Shown piece after piece: positions 47,332 through 56,156 of a stretch of 64,000 nt of DNA. The notes beneath the pieces are model-generated. The model was not told the DNA's origin, did not search any database, and saw nothing but the letters and a program-made list of their open reading frames with translations. Origin of the DNA: a virus. The position numbers and the translations under genes were made by a program. The DNA is taken from IMG/VR virus record IMGVR_UViG_3300035670_000101, positions 1-64,000 of that record; one strand, given 5' to 3'. The first letter of the stretch is position 1; each line of letters begins with the position of its first letter.

Positions 47332-47458
47332 GAAAAAAGCTCCTATTGTGAGGAGCGTATTTTAATATCTCCCCTTTTATTATTATTTAACAACAATTGA
47401 AACATTGTTGGATTTATAACTCAATAGGGAGTTTGTTAATACAGTAATTATGTTGTAA

Positions 47459-47848
47459 TTACAAGTATGAGAATTGTTTTACTCTATTCACATTGTATTC
47501 ATCCTCTTGTTTATCTGGAATGTACGGAGAATAAACCTTGTAATGCTCTGTGAACATTTCTAAAATCCATTGGTATACATGCCACTCTATTTTAAATCCT
47601 TGATTAAGAAGTATGTGTTTCACGTTGTCTAACTCTAAATGTGTACGACACTTAATAGGTTTTCTTGATGTTATGTAAACGTGACCAACTTTCTTTTGAT
47701 ATGTTATGTAAATACAACAACCATAGGATTCAAGAAAACAATATTCTTTACCTTTCTTTGCTACATAGCAATATAGTCGCTGACTACACCCATAAGTCCA
47801 AACTGTGTACCAGTCCCATCCAAGCAGGTGTGATAATTCACTGTACAT
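47459..47848 (-). CDS. Hypothetical protein
   Basis: 129-aa ORF with SD. Confidence 0.65.
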   Translation of the reverse strand: MYSELSHLLGWDWYTVWTYGCSQRLYCYVAKKGKEYCFLESYGCCIYITYQKKVGHVYITSRKPIKCRTHLELDNVKHILLNQGFKIEWHVYQWILEMFTEHYKVYSPYIPDKQEDEYNVNRVKQFSYL

Positions 47849-47859
47849 TTATTTCCCCA

Positions 47860-48222
47860 TTAGTATTTATAAACCTTAACCAACATACCAGCATCTTCAG
47901 ATAGTTTGATCACAGACTTTGTACCTTTACTAACTTGATCCCAAAAAGCGATCAAACACCCTTCACCGTGTTCGTTAGCATAATCTTTCATTTCCGAGTT
48001 TATAACAAAACCAGCTCTTTTACCCAACCCTCTCCAATCTGGAATAAAATATTCAACTCTAACACCATTCTCTAGTGCCCACCTTTCACCTAATGAATCA
48101 GCACCTCTCGCTTTACCACAAACAATACATTCAATGTTAATCTTCTGCTGTGCTTTCTTCATGATCTTACACAATCTCTCGTAGTCATTAAAATCACGAC
48201 CACCAGCTATAATAACCCTCAT
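47860..48222 (-). CDS. SLOG family (DUF2493/YspA-like) protein
   Basis: 'RVIIAGGRDF', 'GKARGADSLGE.WA', 'IAFWD..SKGT'. Confidence 0.88.
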   Translation of the reverse strand: MRVIIAGGRDFNDYERLCKIMKKAQQKINIECIVCGKARGADSLGERWALENGVRVEYFIPDWRGLGKRAGFVINSEMKDYANEHGEGCLIAFWDQVSKGTKSVIKLSEDAGMLVKVYKY

Positions 48223-48479
48223 TAAATCTCACCTCTCAATAATAAAAACTCATGATTTGTAACTTCACAATTTAAATCGGTATTACTTTCAACCATAGCT
48301 TTTAAAGTTTCTAACTCTGAAATCCTATTCTCATATTTACAACTATCCATTGCTTTAAGTGAGAAAGGGTTTCCTTGCTGCCACCATTTTAAATTAAGTT
48401 TATCAAGCTCTTTTTGATACTTATTAATCTCTGCAATACAACTTTGGATAACTAATTCATTACTTAAGTAAATCTTCAT
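48222..48479 (-). CDS. Hypothetical protein
   Basis: Coupled ORF. Confidence 0.7.
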   Translation of the reverse strand: MKIYLSNELVIQSCIAEINKYQKELDKLNLKWWQQGNPFSLKAMDSCKYENRISELETLKAMVESNTDLNCEVTNHEFLLLRGEI

Positions 48480-48913
48480 TCTTCATAATCTCCAATAAGG
48501 TCATAACTACTAGAAAACAAGTTAAATTCTTCAGCAAGGTAATCCCTAACATCATTCTGTGAGTTAAATGTTTTGTAGGTGTCAAAGTATTCATCACTCA
48601 GCGTATAATCATATTGAGACTCTACGGTAAACTTCTTAATCTCTGAAGGTTTGTTGTTTAAGACTTTAACATCCTCCCCGTAAATAGCTTTCAACTCCTT
48701 GTCTTCAAGGGTCTTTGATAAGACTAAGAATCTAGGACGTTTAGAGATGAGTTCATCAATGTAGTTATTGATTTCATCCATTGTGTTAAAACTCTTTCCT
48801 GTTAGTGTATGAATATACTTTGGGTTAATCTCACACACTTCTAATTTTAAATCTTCAAACTTACGCTCAAAACGAAGGTTTTTATATACACCAACTTTAT
48901 TAAATTCTTTCAT
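48476..48913 (-). CDS. Hypothetical protein
   Basis: SD AGGAG then ATG at 48913. Confidence 0.7.
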   Translation of the reverse strand: MKEFNKVGVYKNLRFERKFEDLKLEVCEINPKYIHTLTGKSFNTMDEINNYIDELISKRPRFLVLSKTLEDKELKAIYGEDVKVLNNKPSEIKKFTVESQYDYTLSDEYFDTYKTFNSQNDVRDYLAEEFNLFSSSYDLIGDYEE

Positions 48914-49081
48914 TCTATATTCTCCTATGTAAAAACAAATACACCCTGCACATTTCTGCATAAGGTGTTAACTCACTTTTAGACTAAATTAACCCTGCTA
49001 AAGATAATAACAACTTCTTAAGCTCTTTACCACTCATATCTTTAATTAAATCCTTACTCTCCAGCAACATATGATAACTAG

Positions 49082-49861
49082 TTAATCATCAAAACCCACC
49101 TCATATTTCATCAACGCTTCGTAAACCCTGTCATCAATTTCACCTTTCCATTTTTCAGCCACAGATTTAATGTAAGCTTCTTTATGTGTCTTATAGGCTA
49201 TAAACGCATCCTCTTTTGTGGTGAATGCACCGAGATTTTTTAAACTTGTGCGTCTGTGGAGGTTCGCGGTAAATTTCCCCACCTTTTTGTGATACGAAAC
49301 TCCTATGGGGTAACTTCCTCTTGTCGAACCAGCCTTTATAAATAAACTATTCACCTCTCGTGGAACAAAACAACAAGTTTCTTCTGAATAAATTTTATTT
49401 CCTTTAACCAGAATATCTTTATCCAAATGCCAACCTTCTTGATCAAAACCTTTCTGATTTAAACACCAAGACTTAAATTTCTTGTAAATTTTAAAATCAT
49501 CAGATGTTATGCATTGTTCGTAAGTAGGGAATTTGTAAAGCTCTTTTTTGTTATAACAACGTCTTAACATGCCAACCCATATTCCGTAAGCTTTGTCGTG
49601 CCTTCCATTTAAAGTTACCCTCTCTTCTCCAACAATACCTACACCATGAACACTTGGAATAGACCAGTCTTTTACACTACCTGCTACAATTTGACTCATA
49701 CTAGCTTTTGTTTTAAAATTAGTTTCTACAAATCTCACGTATACATTACGTGCATTTACATAATCAACTATCTCTAAAATTCCGCTACAATTTGTTTCGT
49801 ATTTTTGACCATTTCGCTCTTTTGCCTTATTTTTCAATTTAACTCTCCTATAAATACTCAC
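49082..49861 (-). CDS. HNH-like endonuclease ('DKD..YSEETC' family) with AP2-like C-terminus
   Basis: 'W.GMLRRCY...WHLDKDILVKGNKIYSEETCCFVPREVN'. Confidence 0.8.
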   Translation of the reverse strand: MSIYRRVKLKNKAKERNGQKYETNCSGILEIVDYVNARNVYVRFVETNFKTKASMSQIVAGSVKDWSIPSVHGVGIVGEERVTLNGRHDKAYGIWVGMLRRCYNKKELYKFPTYEQCITSDDFKIYKKFKSWCLNQKGFDQEGWHLDKDILVKGNKIYSEETCCFVPREVNSLFIKAGSTRGSYPIGVSYHKKVGKFTANLHRRTSLKNLGAFTTKEDAFIAYKTHKEAYIKSVAEKWKGEIDDRVYEALMKYEVGFDD

Positions 49862-49938
49862 ACATAATAAAAGGGAACTAACTAAAAGTCAATTCCCTTT
49901 GGTGAGATTTCACTGTAATTTGATAAAAGTTTAGTTTA

Positions 49939-50142
49939 CTAAAGGCTCAGCTTGCTGAAGGCTTTCCTCACACAGTAACTCCTACAATAACTGGTAACAA
50001 AGAAGATTAATTGCAGTTGCAAGGATTGCTGTAAATCCATCCCGAAGAAATACAAGATGATTAGAGCAATGATGTTACCTAGAATAATCTGTGTTAGAGT
50101 TTCTAGGTGTATTAAGTGTGTTTTAATGAAAGTGTTTTTGAT
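49939..50142 (-). CDS. Small membrane protein (probable ATC start)
   Basis: SD AGGAGA 5 nt before ATC; 67 codons; two TM segments; 'E...Q...G...F...SY.RSY.VRK.F'. Confidence 0.6.
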   Translation of the reverse strand: MKNTFIKTHLIHLETLTQIILGNIIALIILYFFGMDLQQSLQLQLIFFVTSYCRSYCVRKAFSKLSL

Positions 50143-50158
50143 TACTGTCTCCTATAAA

Positions 50159-50548
50159 TTAAAGGTATTGCTCGTGTATAACAGATTCATTAACAATCAC
50201 TACAGATTCGTGAGAGTAGTAACCATTATGTTCGTTGTAACAAACAAGTTGAAAATCCCCCTTACTTGTAAACACAGTGAAGAACAAACAACTCCCTTCG
50301 TAAAGGTCTAGGTGACAGAGGTCAATAGTCTCCAACGCTTTATTTGTTACTCGACCATCTAAGTATTCAGCACCAATAAAGTAATCTAGATCATCCTGAG
50401 ATGTAACATAACCCCATTGTTCACAACACTGACCTTCATTGTCGATACCAACTTTAATTTTTACACCATCTTTTAAAGTGATAATAAAACCTTCAAAAGT
50501 TGTGTATTTGTGTTTAAATGTTGTTTCTTCGATGTTTAAAATTTTCAT
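50159..50548 (-). CDS. Conserved phage protein ('QCCE.WGY...YNEHNGYYSH')
   Basis: Motif-bearing ORF with SD. Confidence 0.75.
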   Translation of the reverse strand: MKILNIEETTFKHKYTTFEGFIITLKDGVKIKVGIDNEGQCCEQWGYVTSQDDLDYFIGAEYLDGRVTNKALETIDLCHLDLYEGSCLFFTVFTSKGDFQLVCYNEHNGYYSHESVVIVNESVIHEQYL

Positions 50549-50557
50549 TTCTTTCTC

Positions 50558-50806
50558 CTAATACTTATAATCTACGTCAACACCCTTAAATCTTTCAGGA
50601 TTAACTTTCTGTTGGTAAATAACATTTAACCATAAGTCAAACATTCCCTCAACACGATCACTATCATACTCCCAATAATTCGATAGTGTTGGGTTGTTGA
50701 AAACTTTATCCAGAATCCAATGGTCATCAGGGTAAGAATCTTGCACCCAATCTTCAAATGCTGATACAAAAGCTTCGTTATACTTCATCTCATATCGAAT
50801 TAGCAT
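50558..50806 (-). CDS. Hypothetical protein
   Basis: SD GGAGG. Confidence 0.7.
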   Translation of the reverse strand: MLIRYEMKYNEAFVSAFEDWVQDSYPDDHWILDKVFNNPTLSNYWEYDSDRVEGMFDLWLNVIYQQKVNPERFKGVDVDYKY

Positions 50807-51040
50807 TTATACCTCCCCACTAAAATATCGTTCAATCATCTTCAAACAATCATACCAACCTTGATCATATGCATTCTTAATGCCAGCAAGTTCTTGGTTT
50901 TCAATATGCCAAGAAACATAACTTGGTAAACTATGTTTGAAATTATCTTCAATGTAATAAAATACATCACCACCCTTAAGTTTATTAATCTCCCAAGAGT
51001 GTTGCTTGAAGAATAATTCTAAATCTTTATTAATGTTCAT
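50807..51040 (-). CDS. Hypothetical protein
   Basis: Coupled ORF. Confidence 0.7.
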   Translation of the reverse strand: MNINKDLELFFKQHSWEINKLKGGDVFYYIEDNFKHSLPSYVSWHIENQELAGIKNAYDQGWYDCLKMIERYFSGEV

Positions 51041-51326
51041 TTTCCACCTTTTTAAAATATCGTAGCATTAATGTTGATTCAGGATAACCTGATTTTTCCA
51101 GAATAACACCTAGAGGAGTTTTAAGATTAATATTCTCATTGAAGTAGTCAATCATCTGCTCACAAGAATCTAAGTAAGAAATCTTACTGTCAAAACTCCT
51201 ACCAAAGAAACTTCCAGCAATCCATTCAGTTGTTACAGAGAAGTCCCCGTTGAGTGGACAAATATGTATATGATGCTCACTATCTGGTAACTCTTTGATT
51301 AAAGTCAGTAGGGTATTACTATTCAT
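51030..51326 (-). CDS. Hypothetical protein
   Basis: SD AGGAG. Confidence 0.7.
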   Translation of the reverse strand: MNSNTLLTLIKELPDSEHHIHICPLNGDFSVTTEWIAGSFFGRSFDSKISYLDSCEQMIDYFNENINLKTPLGVILEKSGYPESTLMLRYFKKVENEH

Positions 51327-51523
51327 TTCATTTCTCCTAATAAACTGACAGTAGTCTTTAATTTACCTGTTAAGAAATCAACAAATTCCTTTTGATCTTG
51401 AACAACAGTATAATCTGAAATTGTACACATTGTATGATAATCAAACTCTAAACTTTCTAGCTTCTCAACTTCTTCTTTAAGCTTCTCTGCACGTTGAATC
51501 AATTGTGTTAGTACATCTTTCAT
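51323..51523 (-). CDS. Hypothetical protein
   Basis: SD GGAG; follows the structured leader. Confidence 0.7.
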   Translation of the reverse strand: MKDVLTQLIQRAEKLKEEVEKLESLEFDYHTMCTISDYTVVQDQKEFVDFLTGKLKTTVSLLGEMK

Positions 51524-51529
51524 TTTGTT

Positions 51530-51680
51530 TCTCCAAGTACCGTCAGGTGTGTGGTTAGCACCACAGGTACACTCCTAATATAATTTGAGGGATACCCCCT
51601 CGCGCAGAGGGGTTTCTCTCGTACCGATAGGTATACTGCTCACACAGAGAGTACACCGCTCGCACATTTGCGTTTGTATG
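51530..51680 (-). ncRNA. Candidate GC-rich structured leader or ncRNA
   Basis: Several hairpins (CGCA/TGCG, CTCTC/GAGAG, CCCCTC/GAGGGG, GTACC/GGTAC, TGTGG/CCACA) downstream of a promoter. Confidence 0.5.
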
Positions 51681-51685
51681 AACAC

Positions 51686-51714
51686 AATATATCAATAATT
51701 ATTGAAGTTTGCAA
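51686..51714 (-). promoter_or_regulatory. Sigma70-like promoter
   Basis: TTGCAA-17 nt-TATATT on the minus strand. Confidence 0.7.
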
Positions 51715-51727
51715 GGGGTGTTTACTA

Positions 51728-52492
51728 TTAATCTATCACACCAAGTTCTCGAAGCTCTTTCAACCAGTATTTAACTGTTCGTAAACTTACACCAAGTATA
51801 TCTGCCATCTCTTGATTTGTTTTACCATCATCCTCAGCGTACAGTTGATACAGTTGAAACTTCTTAGGTTTCTTAACAACCTTTCTGACATCCAAAAGTC
51901 TATTCTTTAAGATACTTACATCATCTTCAATTTGTGCTGTTTTCTGTGTAATGGTTGACTCAAAATTACTTTGGCGATCTTGTAATGCAGAAACAACATC
52001 CTCAAGAGCTTTTAATCTCTCTCTTTGATCACTATCACTTTTCACTTTATAGATCATCTTGATGGTTTGCATTGGTGTTTTCTGTTTCTTAACATCACGT
52101 CTACCTAACAATTTCTCTTTCATTAACATCTTCTGAGTAGGGTGATCCATGTGCTTCTCCATAACAAGAACAGCAGGGAAAAATTGCTTATGCTTATTCT
52201 CATCGAAAAACTTAACATCTTCTGCACACTCTAATGAAAGATTGACAATATCTTCTAGGCTGTGTTCATAAGTGTCAACTTCTAAGTTACCTAACCAGAT
52301 TTTATCGACACAATCAAAAACTTTGTCATTCTTTTCTGGATCATAAAACTGCCTAAGAATATTTACGTTTTCCATACTCAGCGATTTTAGTTTCGCATAG
52401 TTTAAGGAAAGTTTCTTTATCTGTTCCTTTTTATACTCTTCACTAAAAACATTTTCATTGAAATCTTTAATATCAAAATCTTTATCTGTCAC
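51728..52492 (-). CDS. DNA-binding protein with coiled coil and C-terminal HTH
   Basis: 'KTNQEMADILGVSLRTVKYWLKELRELG'; coupled to the helicase gene. Confidence 0.75.
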   Translation of the reverse strand: MTDKDFDIKDFNENVFSEEYKKEQIKKLSLNYAKLKSLSMENVNILRQFYDPEKNDKVFDCVDKIWLGNLEVDTYEHSLEDIVNLSLECAEDVKFFDENKHKQFFPAVLVMEKHMDHPTQKMLMKEKLLGRRDVKKQKTPMQTIKMIYKVKSDSDQRERLKALEDVVSALQDRQSNFESTITQKTAQIEDDVSILKNRLLDVRKVVKKPKKFQLYQLYAEDDGKTNQEMADILGVSLRTVKYWLKELRELGVID

Positions 52493-54009
52493 TGAATTTC
52501 CTCCACCACTTCTTTTAAATTTAAATCAATATCATAAGCATGTAAGAAATCAAACGGGAGTTCAAGTGTATTAATTGCTCGTGTACATGCAACGTAAAAC
52601 AAGTTTACTTCCTGTTGATTATACTTCTCCATACCTTTTTCCAAAGTAATAACCTCACAATTAAAGTCACTATGAATCTTAACCTGTTTCCACTCCATCC
52701 CTTTACTCTTATGTGCTGTAGTTAATAAAACATCATACTTAATAAAAGGTTTCTTACTGTCTTCAATCAGCATATCAAGAGCTTTAGAGTATGTGTGTGT
52801 TTTATGGTTAGTCACAATGTTAACAAGACGTTTAATCTCTGGTTGATCACCAGCATCTTCAAGCATATCATCCCAACTGGAATACACATTAATCTCTTCA
52901 TCTTTAACTTTACTTTTATCACCTTTGAACAAATAATAAGAACTCCAAATCATACTCTGGAACTTCTTAGGATCAATCTCACATTTAACTTTCTTACCAA
53001 GAGAAATATAATTAATAGCTTCCTCTAACAAAGCACCATTAGTACGAAAGATAACAGTATAAGGAAATTCTTTATCTACAAATGAAACAACACTAGAAAT
53101 ACTCTCCAACCCTTTAACTTGTATTTCATTGTTAATTACTTTACTAGCAACATTAGCAATAGCTTCCCCATAACGAAAAGATTTAGACAATAAGAATGTA
53201 GGAGCATCCTGAATCATTTCCATAGCATTAACAGCTTGTCTAAAAGCATAAATACTCTGATAAGTATCACCAACATAAACAACCTTACAATCTGTTTGTT
53301 GTTTAATAATATCTAACACTACAGGACTACTATCTTGAGCTTCATCCAGATAAATAATTTCATAAGGAAGTTTAGGTTTAGACAATTGATATAACTTCTG
53401 GTATGTATCATGATCAGCTTTAACTAAACTTTTAGGGTTAACTTTATCTAACCAAAACTGCTTACTTACATCAACAATAACATCTAGTAACTTAATCTTA
53501 TTAGCTTTAGTACATTTATCTAAATACTTATCAACATCATTAGGGATATGTTTAATCTCTACTTGTTCATCAGCACTATTCTGGTATCTATTAATAGTTG
53601 ACTTAACTAATGTTGCAATAGTGGTAGAAGATAAAAACTCATCTTTCTTCATTTTAAAATCTTTAATCTTGTACAGATTAGCAATCTCTTTAGAGGTTCT
53701 TCCTCTGTTAACATAAGAGGTGTCATAGGGAGTATTAATCTTATGAGCTAACATCTTACCATAGACACCATAAGCTAAAGAGTGTACAGTCTTACAGGAA
53801 GTGTGTTTAGGGAATGTTTCTGAAGCTATAGTAGCATTCTGTTTGTTAAAGCAAACATATAAACTACTAACAGGGTTATCCTCTGCCAATAATCTTAGTG
53901 TACTACTCTTACCACTTCCAGCTACAGCATTAACTTTAATAACTTTATGTTGTTTGAAGGATTCTAAGATTAGCTTCTGCTCATCCGTTGGTGTAAACTT
54001 AATAGACAT
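52489..54009 (-). CDS. UvrD/Rep-like SF1 DNA helicase
   Basis: 'PTDEQ', 'AVAGSGKS', 'LDEAQD', 'VGDTYQSIYAFR', 'LSKSFR', 'TAHKSKGMEW', 'YVACTRA'. Confidence 0.92.
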   Translation of the reverse strand: MSIKFTPTDEQKLILESFKQHKVIKVNAVAGSGKSSTLRLLAEDNPVSSLYVCFNKQNATIASETFPKHTSCKTVHSLAYGVYGKMLAHKINTPYDTSYVNRGRTSKEIANLYKIKDFKMKKDEFLSSTTIATLVKSTINRYQNSADEQVEIKHIPNDVDKYLDKCTKANKIKLLDVIVDVSKQFWLDKVNPKSLVKADHDTYQKLYQLSKPKLPYEIIYLDEAQDSSPVVLDIIKQQTDCKVVYVGDTYQSIYAFRQAVNAMEMIQDAPTFLLSKSFRYGEAIANVASKVINNEIQVKGLESISSVVSFVDKEFPYTVIFRTNGALLEEAINYISLGKKVKCEIDPKKFQSMIWSSYYLFKGDKSKVKDEEINVYSSWDDMLEDAGDQPEIKRLVNIVTNHKTHTYSKALDMLIEDSKKPFIKYDVLLTTAHKSKGMEWKQVKIHSDFNCEVITLEKGMEKYNQQEVNLFYVACTRAINTLELPFDFLHAYDIDLNLKEVVEEIQ

Positions 54010-54079
54010 TTGTGTGTTTCTCCGTAGAAATGTTTTGATAATAAATTATAGTATAACACTTTAGGATTTATAAAACAAG

Positions 54080-55000
54080 GTAGAGTGCAGAAAAAGGGCA
54101 AAAAAAATTCAAATTTTCTTATATAATATAAATTATAGTAGAGAAATATTTTTAGTGTACCTTGCTTTTAAGGTTTTATAATCACTAACAGGAGTTATAA
54201 GGTTCTTGAAAGAGTCTTCTTATTATTTGTACATAATATCTCTTAAAATATGTAACTATATTGTAACTAGAAGAATAGTGATATAAAAATCCTCCTATTA
54301 TATAGCAATAGAAATAATAAGAGTATGTTATTGTTATAGTTAGTAATAGTATTAATAAAGACAATAATGGAATATGTTATTATATTAAAGATATGAATAA
54401 AGAGTTAAGATATTAGCACAAATAGTGATATAAGAATATTATTAGAATTAGTGTAACATTAGCGGTTGTTAGGGATTATTATAGAGGTTTACAACAACCA
54501 TGTAAGTATTACCAGTAGTGCTTCTTTAAGGGTTTAACAATAATCTTTATAACCCTTGTAGGGGTGTTCTTAGGGTTCTCTTATGGTATAGAGTAAACTT
54601 TATAAAACAACTATGGTGTTAAACATGACACTAGAATACATTACTACTATGTTACAAATTCTCTGTAACATAACCTTATAAAATTCACTAACAGGGAACA
54701 CCCTACCTTTTATCTAAAAGAACCTTAAAGGGAGAGGGATTGTTTGCAGCAGACAAAATCCCTAAAACTATAGTATTATTGTGCTGTATTGTTGTTGGTG
54801 CTCAACGTCCGTAGGACAGTATTCTAAACAGTGGTATGCACAGTATAGTCTTCTTAAGAGTAATTCTTTAAAGTGTTCCCTTTAGTGAATCTCCAACTAA
54901 AGCCTACATTCGTAGTCTTTGTTGTATATTGTGTTGTAACATTCAAACTTCATTGCATTCGTTTTCATTAACAACATACACCAGAATTAATTGTTGTTTA
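54080..55000. other. ~1-kb non-coding, TA-rich and hairpin-rich region (candidate origin or structured RNA)
   Basis: No ORF of 60 aa or more; many direct and inverted repeats; lies between divergent promoters. Confidence 0.6.
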
Positions 55001-55003
55001 GTG

Positions 55004-55050
55004 TTGACTTCTTTTTGTTGCTAAAGTATATTTAATTTAATATTAAATTA
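55004..55050 (+). promoter_or_regulatory. Sigma70 promoter with perfect 18-bp palindrome
   Basis: TTGACT-17 nt-TATATT, then TAATTTAATATTAAATTA. Confidence 0.8.
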
Positions 55051-55064
55051 TATAAGGATCTAAA

Positions 55065-55250
55065 GTGATAACAGATGTTGTATTAACTATAGCTGTAGTA
55101 GTATTTGTTTGGTGCTTAAGTTTTATTAGTGTTATGTTTCTCCTACTATCAGATGCAGATTATAAAACTAAGAATAGTTATAGTACTATGGTGCTAGGTG
55201 TTATAGTGTTGGTGTTGTTTCTCTACTGTGGTTATATGTTGTTTGTTTAA
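55065..55250 (+). CDS. Small membrane protein (2 TM segments)
   Basis: SD AAGGA with GTG start. Confidence 0.65.
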   Translation: MITDVVLTIAVVVFVWCLSFISVMFLLLSDADYKTKNSYSTMVLGVIVLVLFLYCGYMLFV

Positions 55251-55260
55251 GGAGTTTAAA

Positions 55261-55857
55261 ATGGGTGGTAAGTGGAATCGTTGGGTAACCCCAACTCGTG
55301 ATGTTGTAGATGGTAAGAATGTTGTTCGTAAAGGGTATACTCAATGGGCTGGTATGTTCAATAGGGCTAAAGGTCAGAAGTATTATGAAGAAGTAGGTAT
55401 TAGTGAGATGTTTAAATCTTATGATTTATGGCATGACTGGGCTGTAGATCAGAAAGGTTTCTTAAATAAGGAAACTAATGGTAAGATATGGTCTATTGAT
55501 AAAGATATTATTGGTGATAGTACAATATACTCAGAAGATGTTTGTGTGTTTGTTCCAGCAATTATTAATTGTCTTTTTATTAAGAGTAAGAATAAATCTA
55601 AAGTTGGTAGACTTGGTGTTAGAAAGGTTGAAAGAGTATCCGTTCCTGATAAGTATGAAGCGAGGTTGGCAGCGTATTGTACTCACATTGGAACATTTGA
55701 CACAGTAGATGAGGCATATAAAGCTTACTTGTCTGCTAGGTTGATGTACTCCAAAGAGTTATTTAATCTATATGGTGACACAGTAGATGATAGGGTATGG
55801 GATTCTTTGTTTAAGTCGTGTGAATATTCTGATATTCCAGATATTCTCAATATTTAG
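55261..55857 (+). CDS. HNH-like endonuclease ('DKD..YSEDVC' family)
   Basis: 'W.GMFNR...WSIDKDIIG...YSEDVCVFVPA.IN...HIGTFDT'; SD AAGGAG. Confidence 0.75.
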   Translation: MGGKWNRWVTPTRDVVDGKNVVRKGYTQWAGMFNRAKGQKYYEEVGISEMFKSYDLWHDWAVDQKGFLNKETNGKIWSIDKDIIGDSTIYSEDVCVFVPAIINCLFIKSKNKSKVGRLGVRKVERVSVPDKYEARLAAYCTHIGTFDTVDEAYKAYLSARLMYSKELFNLYGDTVDDRVWDSLFKSCEYSDIPDILNI

Positions 55858-55915
55858 AACAAAGTGCCTCAACTTTCGAAGCTTAGGGGGCTATTTTATA
55901 TTTAGGAGATTAAGA

Positions 55916-56134
55916 TTGATTACTACGATATTAGCTACGGCGTTTGTAATTGTTGGCAGTGGTTTGATGATTGGTGCTACAATACTGTATGCTTATATCG
56001 TTATCACTCGGAAAGATTTTAACAGTTGGGACTGTAGAGATGTTATTAAACTTATTTTAATTACTTTAATATCTGTTGTTTTTGTTGCTACTGTTTCAGT
56101 GGTGGTAGAATACTTTAAGCACTTAATATCTTAA
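55916..56134 (+). CDS. Small membrane protein (2 TM segments)
   Basis: SD AGGAG then TTG at 55916. Confidence 0.6.
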   Translation: MITTILATAFVIVGSGLMIGATILYAYIVITRKDFNSWDCRDVIKLILITLISVVFVATVSVVVEYFKHLIS

Positions 56135-56156
56135 TGGTATTAGGTGTTTTCTTTTG
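56117..56156 (+). terminator. Rho-independent terminator
   Basis: AAGCACTTAATATC/GGTATTAGGTGTTT hairpin followed by a T-run. Confidence 0.6.

Noticed and set aside
47130-47360. Asn/Arg-rich N-terminus of ORF 46927-47331 as a real low-complexity domain
   Set aside because: Its SD and ATG lie in and just after a terminator hairpin and T-run; the true start may be the downstream Met (MRRERH), so the extension is unsupported.
50057-50311. Plus-strand 84-aa ORF
   Set aside because: It overlaps two better-supported minus-strand genes in a minus-strand operon.
51530-51680. Known self-cleaving ribozyme or tRNA in the structured leader
   Set aside because: No hammerhead CUGAnGA/GAAA core, T-loop or CCA end could be identified by eye; kept only as an unknown structured RNA.
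18056-54746. Shared 12-mer AGGGATTGTTTG at 18056 and 54735, and iteron-like AAACAGTGGTA at 54826
   Set aside because: Single 11-12-mer matches are expected by chance in 64 kb; suggestive, but not enough to claim a link between the loci.
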